Shown here one piece after another: positions 60,246-64,000 of a DNA stretch of 64,000 nt; position 1 is the first letter of the stretch, and every line of letters starts with the position of its first letter. The notes below the pieces were generated by a model that was not told the origin of the DNA, searched no databases, and saw only the letters and a list, made by a program, of their open reading frames with translations. Source of the stretch: an uncultured Mycoplasmatota bacterium. GTDB taxonomy: Bacteria; Bacillota_I; Bacilli_A; RF39; UBA660. Made by a program: the position numbers and the translations under genes. The stretch covers positions 21,334-85,333 of the forward strand of contig CAMMJA010000001.1 in NCBI GenBank assembly GCA_946497145.1, in the 5' to 3' direction.

Positions 60246-60300
60246 ATGTTGTCAAATTAGCTAAAATATGATAATCTAAATATTAGATAGTAAGGGAGTG

Positions 60301-62223
60301 ATGACTGTGGAAAAATACACTTCTAGATGGGAAAAAATCAAAGCTTCTTTTAGCCGCTTTACTCATGTCAAGCATTTCTATCTTTTATTGGTAATTATCG
60401 TGAGTTTGGCCATTTTTGGCTTGTATTTTAGTTATGCTCTTTTTACGATATCAGTAGAAAAAAAGGGTGTATTAAACATTGTAACTGGAAATTTATATAC
60501 GTATATGACGAGTGATTCTTTAAATAGTAGTAATCGTATTACGGTACCAGGTAATACCATAAAGACATTTGATTTAACACTTGAAAATATTAATGGTGTC
60601 GATGCAAAATTTAATTTGTATTACAAAGGAACGAGTACTTTGCCAAGTACGGTAAGAGTTGGGTATTCAAGTATCAATGATACGCCACCAACTGCAAGTG
60701 GAACAACTATATCCAAATATGGAAGTAGTTCTAGTCAAAAGAAAATTCGAGTAGTGATCGAAAATAGAAGCAGTAGTTCTTATACGATTGAATTTGGAAG
60801 TGCGGTAGGACTAAGTAATACTAGTATATCCGTACCTAGTGGCTATACTGCTTTATCTGAAATTGTAGATATTCCAAACGCTCCAGTTTTAGAAGAAGAG
60901 ATGATTCCAGTGGAATGGAATGGATCTAATTGGATCAAAGCAGATCCGAATAAACTAGATTGGTATGATTATACAAAACAAGAATGGGCAAATGCAGTTA
61001 TCATTGCAGATTGTATTCGAGCAGGAGATGTCAATCAGGATGGATTGATAAATGATACCGATTCTCAATTGATTGATCGATATCTTGCTCATTGGGAAGA
61101 TTCTATATTGCCAGAAAATTTAATTTATGCTGATATTAATGGAGATGATGTGGTTGATTCGAAAGATAAGGCACAACTTGATCGATACATAGCTGGATGG
61201 GACGGAATTGAACTTGCGTGTGCGACACCAACACCTGAAGATTATAAGGAGGCGGACATTGGAAGTGTGATTGAAATGCGTGATATTGGCAGCATGTGGG
61301 TATGGATTCCAAGATATGAATATCAATACACGAATTTGAGTTCATCACCTAGAACAATAGGAATCAATTTCTTAGAAAATACGAGAACAAAAGTGACAAG
61401 TTCATCCTATAAAGTACATCCTGCCTTTAATTTTGGAGGAGAAGAACTAGAAGGAATTTGGGTAGGAAAGTTTGAAACCGGTTATCGTCAAGATGGACCA
61501 GAAAACCTTTGGACTACGGATGGAGCAGAAGCATCCACAGCCCTGGCTGATCGCATGATCATTAAGCCAAACGTATACAGTTGGAGAAATATTACGTTAT
61601 CAAATATGCACACAGTAGCATTAGCAAACAATTCTCATATTATGAAGAATCGTGAGTGGGGAGCAGTTGCATATTTGTCGCATAGTAAGTACGGAAAATA
61701 TGGAAATAGCTCTTATAGTGGTACAAATAGAAGAATATATAAGAATTCTAATAATACTTATAAAACAGGATGTTCAGGTGGCTCACCCACTGCTGCTGGA
61801 TCAACAACGTGTTATAATTATAGTACTTCGACCAGTGGAATCGGTGCTAGTACGTCAGGAACGGTTTATGGCATTTACGACATGAGTGGTGGAGCTCATG
61901 AATATGTTATGGGAAATTATAATGGAACAGTTCGGTATTCTGGATTTAGCTCTATGCCAGACGAAAAATATTATGATAAATATACGTCCACTACATGGAC
62001 GACAGCATGTAATGGAACCATCTGTTATGGGCATTCGTTAAGCGAAACTGCAGGATGGTATAATGAAACTGAAAGTGCTGCGACGTCAACATATCCGTGG
62101 GTAATGAGAGGGGGAAGTTATTCTTCGGGAACTTCCACAAATCAAGCAGGAATATTTAGTGCAGGATCACAAAGTGGTTCATCAGGAATTTACTACGCAT
62201 ATCGATTAGTAAGAGGAACATAA
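60301..62223 (+). CDS. signal-anchored surface protein with two dockerin-like Ca-binding repeats and a C-terminal divergent FGE-sulfatase (SUMF1)-like domain
   Basis: TM at res ~28-50. Ser/Thr-rich beta region. Dockerin-type repeats DVNQDGLINDTDSQLIDRYL and DINGDDVVDSKDKAQLDRYIAG. C-terminal REWGAVAYLS and RGGSY...YRLVRG resemble FGE-sulfatase EAEWEYAARGG and RGGSW...GFR motifs. Start ATG 60301 (RBS AAGGGAG). Confidence 0.6.
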   Translation: MTVEKYTSRWEKIKASFSRFTHVKHFYLLLVIIVSLAIFGLYFSYALFTISVEKKGVLNIVTGNLYTYMTSDSLNSSNRITVPGNTIKTFDLTLENINGVDAKFNLYYKGTSTLPSTVRVGYSSINDTPPTASGTTISKYGSSSSQKKIRVVIENRSSSSYTIEFGSAVGLSNTSISVPSGYTALSEIVDIPNAPVLEEEMIPVEWNGSNWIKADPNKLDWYDYTKQEWANAVIIADCIRAGDVNQDGLINDTDSQLIDRYLAHWEDSILPENLIYADINGDDVVDSKDKAQLDRYIAGWDGIELACATPTPEDYKEADIGSVIEMRDIGSMWVWIPRYEYQYTNLSSSPRTIGINFLENTRTKVTSSSYKVHPAFNFGGEELEGIWVGKFETGYRQDGPENLWTTDGAEASTALADRMIIKPNVYSWRNITLSNMHTVALANNSHIMKNREWGAVAYLSHSKYGKYGNSSYSGTNRRIYKNSNNTYKTGCSGGSPTAAGSTTCYNYSTSTSGIGASTSGTVYGIYDMSGGAHEYVMGNYNGTVRYSGFSSMPDEKYYDKYTSTTWTTACNGTICYGHSLSETAGWYNETESAATSTYPWVMRGGSYSSGTSTNQAGIFSAGSQSGSSGIYYAYRLVRGT

Positions 62224-62234
62224 GATAACTTTCG

Positions 62235-62465
62235 TTATCTTTTTTCTTTTAATTTCTTTTTACAAATTCGTATTTTATGTTCTATGGTGTTTCTTTTAAG
62301 ATCTCCTTTTTGTAACAATTTTTTTTGTTTTTCTATTTCTAGTTTATAAAAATTTAAATATTTTTCCACATCTATTGTTTCTTCCTTTATTGATACAAAT
62401 AATAGCAAAAAGAGCCCAATTAAACTACACGTACAAAAAAGCAAAATGACAACTATAAAATTCAT
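62235..62465 (-). CDS. small single-TM protein with polybasic C-terminal tail (paralog B)
   Basis: 76 aa. N-terminal TM FIVVILLFCTCSLIGLFLLLFV, then KYLNFYKLEIEKQKKLLQK... Strong RBS AAAGGAG 8 nt upstream. Start overlaps the stop of the upstream paralog. Confidence 0.6.
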   Translation of the reverse strand: MNFIVVILLFCTCSLIGLFLLLFVSIKEETIDVEKYLNFYKLEIEKQKKLLQKGDLKRNTIEHKIRICKKKLKEKR

Positions 62466-62466
62466 A

Positions 62467-62700
62467 TTATTTCTCCTTTATTTTCAACAAAACAGTGTAT
62501 AAAAATAATTGTAATTGTTTTTTCCACAGAATTCTTTTTTGTTTTTTGACCATTTTTTGATATTTTTCTAAATTTTGTTGATAAGAAATCTGATATTGGT
62601 GAAATTGACATTTATTTTTTGCTTCTGTTTTTTGACTAAAAGCTATAAATAAAATCACAAGAATAATTAGTAATATATAAAGAATGAGAAAAATTTTCAT
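62467..62700 (-). CDS. small single-TM protein with polybasic C-terminal tail (paralog A)
   Basis: 77 aa. TM IFLILYILLIILVILFIAF, then EKYQKMVKKQKRILWKKQ. RBS GGTGA. Confidence 0.55.
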   Translation of the reverse strand: MKIFLILYILLIILVILFIAFSQKTEAKNKCQFHQYQISYQQNLEKYQKMVKKQKRILWKKQLQLFLYTVLLKIKEK

Positions 62701-62860
62701 AAGATCACCATACTTTCTAGAATTAAATTAAGTTTAACACGAGGTTAACAAAATGTAAATAAATGTTCAAAACTTAATTATGGAAATAAATTACAAAATT
62801 TTCCCACAATAAAAACGCAGTTTTATGATATACTAACGTTAGAATAAATGAGGTGATAAG

Positions 62861-63352
62861 ATGAATATTGGAATAGCAAGTGATCACAGAGGATATCGCT
62901 TAAAGCAAAAATTATTGAAGTATTTAAAGCATGTTGGTTACGATACCAAAGATTTAGGAACCAACAGCAAATCGCCAGTTGATTATCCAGATATGGCATT
63001 TTTATTAGCGGATCAAGTGGTCAATCAAGATGTTGATTTTGGTATTGCCATTTGTGGAAGTGGCATAGGAATCAGCATTGCATGTAATAAAGTAAAAGGA
63101 ATTCGCTGTGCGAAAGTCGATTCCATTAGCGAAGCCAAATTAGCAAGATTAGATAACGATGCTAATATTTTAGCGCTCAATGGTACGATGCCTACTTATA
63201 AGGCCAAAGATATTGTGGATGCTTTCTTGAAAACAGATTTTTCCCATATCGAGCGGCATCAAAATCGCATCGATAAAATTTCGCAGTACGAAAATAAAAA
63301 AAGATCCGGACGTAAAAAAATAGAAAAAGAGGACAGTGGCGATGAGCGTTAA
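62861..63352 (+). CDS. rpiB: ribose-5-phosphate isomerase B (RpiB/LacAB family)
   Basis: 163 aa. MNIGIASDHRGYRLKQ...ICGSGIGISIA. Confidence 0.9.
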   Translation: MNIGIASDHRGYRLKQKLLKYLKHVGYDTKDLGTNSKSPVDYPDMAFLLADQVVNQDVDFGIAICGSGIGISIACNKVKGIRCAKVDSISEAKLARLDNDANILALNGTMPTYKAKDIVDAFLKTDFSHIERHQNRIDKISQYENKKRSGRKKIEKEDSGDER

Positions 63353-63539
63353 ATTTTTTCTTTATCTAGGAGTAACACCACTTGTTATCTGGGCTATGGA
63401 TTCTTTAAATATTAATCAAATTTTCAAAAAAAACAAAGTGATGCAAGCAAGAATATTTTATTTGCTTCTAGGTTTGGTTATGATTTATTTAATTACCAAT
63501 TTTATTTATGATTTTTTTCTAAGTTCAAAATTTTATTAA
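63342..63539 (+). CDS. DUF1146 family small membrane protein (YwzB-like)
   Basis: 2-TM, ~65 aa. ywzB is a murAA neighbour in Bacillus. Start ATG 63342 overlaps the rpiB end. Confidence 0.55.
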   Translation: MSVKFFLYLGVTPLVIWAMDSLNINQIFKKNKVMQARIFYLLLGLVMIYLITNFIYDFFLSSKFY

Positions 63540-63590
63540 AATAAGTATAAATGATAAATTTTTGTCCAAACTCTTAATGAGGTGGAAAAA

Positions 63591-64000
63591 ATGAATAAAA
63601 GATTGAAATTAAAACCCTTTGTATTGCCTAGCATTTATCTTGTGTTAGTGGTATCGTTGGTTGCAACAGTATTTTTAACGACGAAAAAACAAGCGCCGGT
63701 GGAAGAAGAGGACATTACATACGTATCTGAATCTATCGTGGAAGAAGAAGTGCCCGTCATCAATACAGAAGTAAAAATGATCTATCCTTACACAGATACG
63801 AACGTAAAAGTGGGAAAATACTTCTATGATTATCAAGCAGAAGAAGCAAAACAAGAGCAATCTATCATTTATCATGAAAATACATACATGCAAAATTCTG
63901 GAGTCGATTTTGTATTAGATAATCCATTTGATGTTGTTGCTGTTTTAGATGGAACAGTCATTAGTGTAAAGAATGATGAATTGTTAGGTAATATTGTGGA
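63591..64000 (+). CDS. signal-anchored LytM/M23-domain protein, N-terminal part (SpoIIQ-like candidate); runs off the window end
   Basis: Own translation from ATG (RBS GAGGTGG) gives MNKRLKLKPFVLPSIYLVLVVSLVATVFLTTKKQAPVEEE...YMQNSGVDFVLDNPFDVVAVLDGTVISV..., open to 64000. Missing from the track because it is incomplete. The antisense track ORF 63675..63893 is spurious. Confidence 0.6.
   Translation, partial: MNKRLKLKPFVLPSIYLVLVVSLVATVFLTTKKQAPVEEEDITYVSESIVEEEVPVINTEVKMIYPYTDTNVKVGKYFYDYQAEEAKQEQSIIYHENTYMQNSGVDFVLDNPFDVVAVLDGTVISVKNDELLGNIV

Noticed and set aside
62701-62760. GTTAAC...GTTAAAC near-repeat upstream of the small-protein pair
   Set aside because: It is short and imperfect, and lies in AT-rich promoter DNA. 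There is not enough evidence for an operator.
63675-63893. Minus-strand 72-aa ORF
   Set aside because: It lies antisense to the partial LytM/M23 gene, which has a strong RBS and a continuous frame to the window end.
1-64000. CRISPR arrays, rRNA and tRNA genes
   Set aside because: No spaced direct-repeat arrays, no rRNA-like conserved stretches, and no tRNA cloverleaf candidates were noticed in any intergenic gap. The largest gaps are accounted for by oriC, promoters, the IS and ffs.
1-64000. Alternative genetic code (TGA or TAA recoding), considered because of the rsmG in-frame TAA
   Set aside because: All other conserved genes read full length with standard code 11 and end at TAA, TAG or TGA. 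A single TAA at a Leu codon fits a point mutation better.

Overview
Chromosomal origin-of-replication region of a low-GC (~30% GC) endospore-lineage Bacillota genome. Genes to the left of the dnaA-rpmH gap are on the minus strand and genes to the right are mostly on the plus strand, as expected for leading-strand co-orientation around oriC.

Left arm (minus strand): mfd(partial)-pth-rsmI-trmN6-like-ricT/yaaT-holB-bofA-recR-ybaB-dnaX-tadA-ffs(SRP RNA)-gyrA-gyrB-recF-[ComK-family gene]-dnaN-dnaA.

Right arm (plus strand): rpmH-rnpA-yidC-jag-mnmE-mnmG-rsmG(in-frame TAA)-noc-parA-parB-mscS-DUF951-abgT-ychF-pgeF-rpsF-ssb-rpsR-plsC ... DHH-rplI-dnaB ... rlmH ... ung ... argS-rpoE-prfA-prmC-spoIIR-mntP ... 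fba-murA ... rpmE ... rpiB.

Cis-elements recognised:
- Bipartite DnaA-box clusters upstream of dnaA and upstream of dnaN.
- Two perfect parS sites (TGTTTCACGTGAAACA) bracketing a Noc-binding-site palindrome (ATTTCCCGGGAAAT) in the gyrA-ffs gap.
- Further NBS copies inside dnaX, downstream of mnmE, and degenerate in the mnmE promoter.

Accessory content:
- An IS481-like insertion (one rve-type transposase) bounded by 19-bp imperfect inverted repeats and flanked by 27-bp direct repeats copied from the rpmE terminator.
- A membrane-anchored protein with tandem dockerin-like Ca-binding repeats and a divergent FGE-sulfatase-like C-terminal domain.
- Two translationally coupled paralogous small TM+polybasic proteins.
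- A two-domain FtsX-type ABC permease carrying a ~230-aa coiled-coil ectodomain.

Sporulation genes (bofA, ricT, gerQ, spoIIR, LytM/SpoIIQ-like) are scattered through the window. No rRNA, tRNA or CRISPR arrays were seen.
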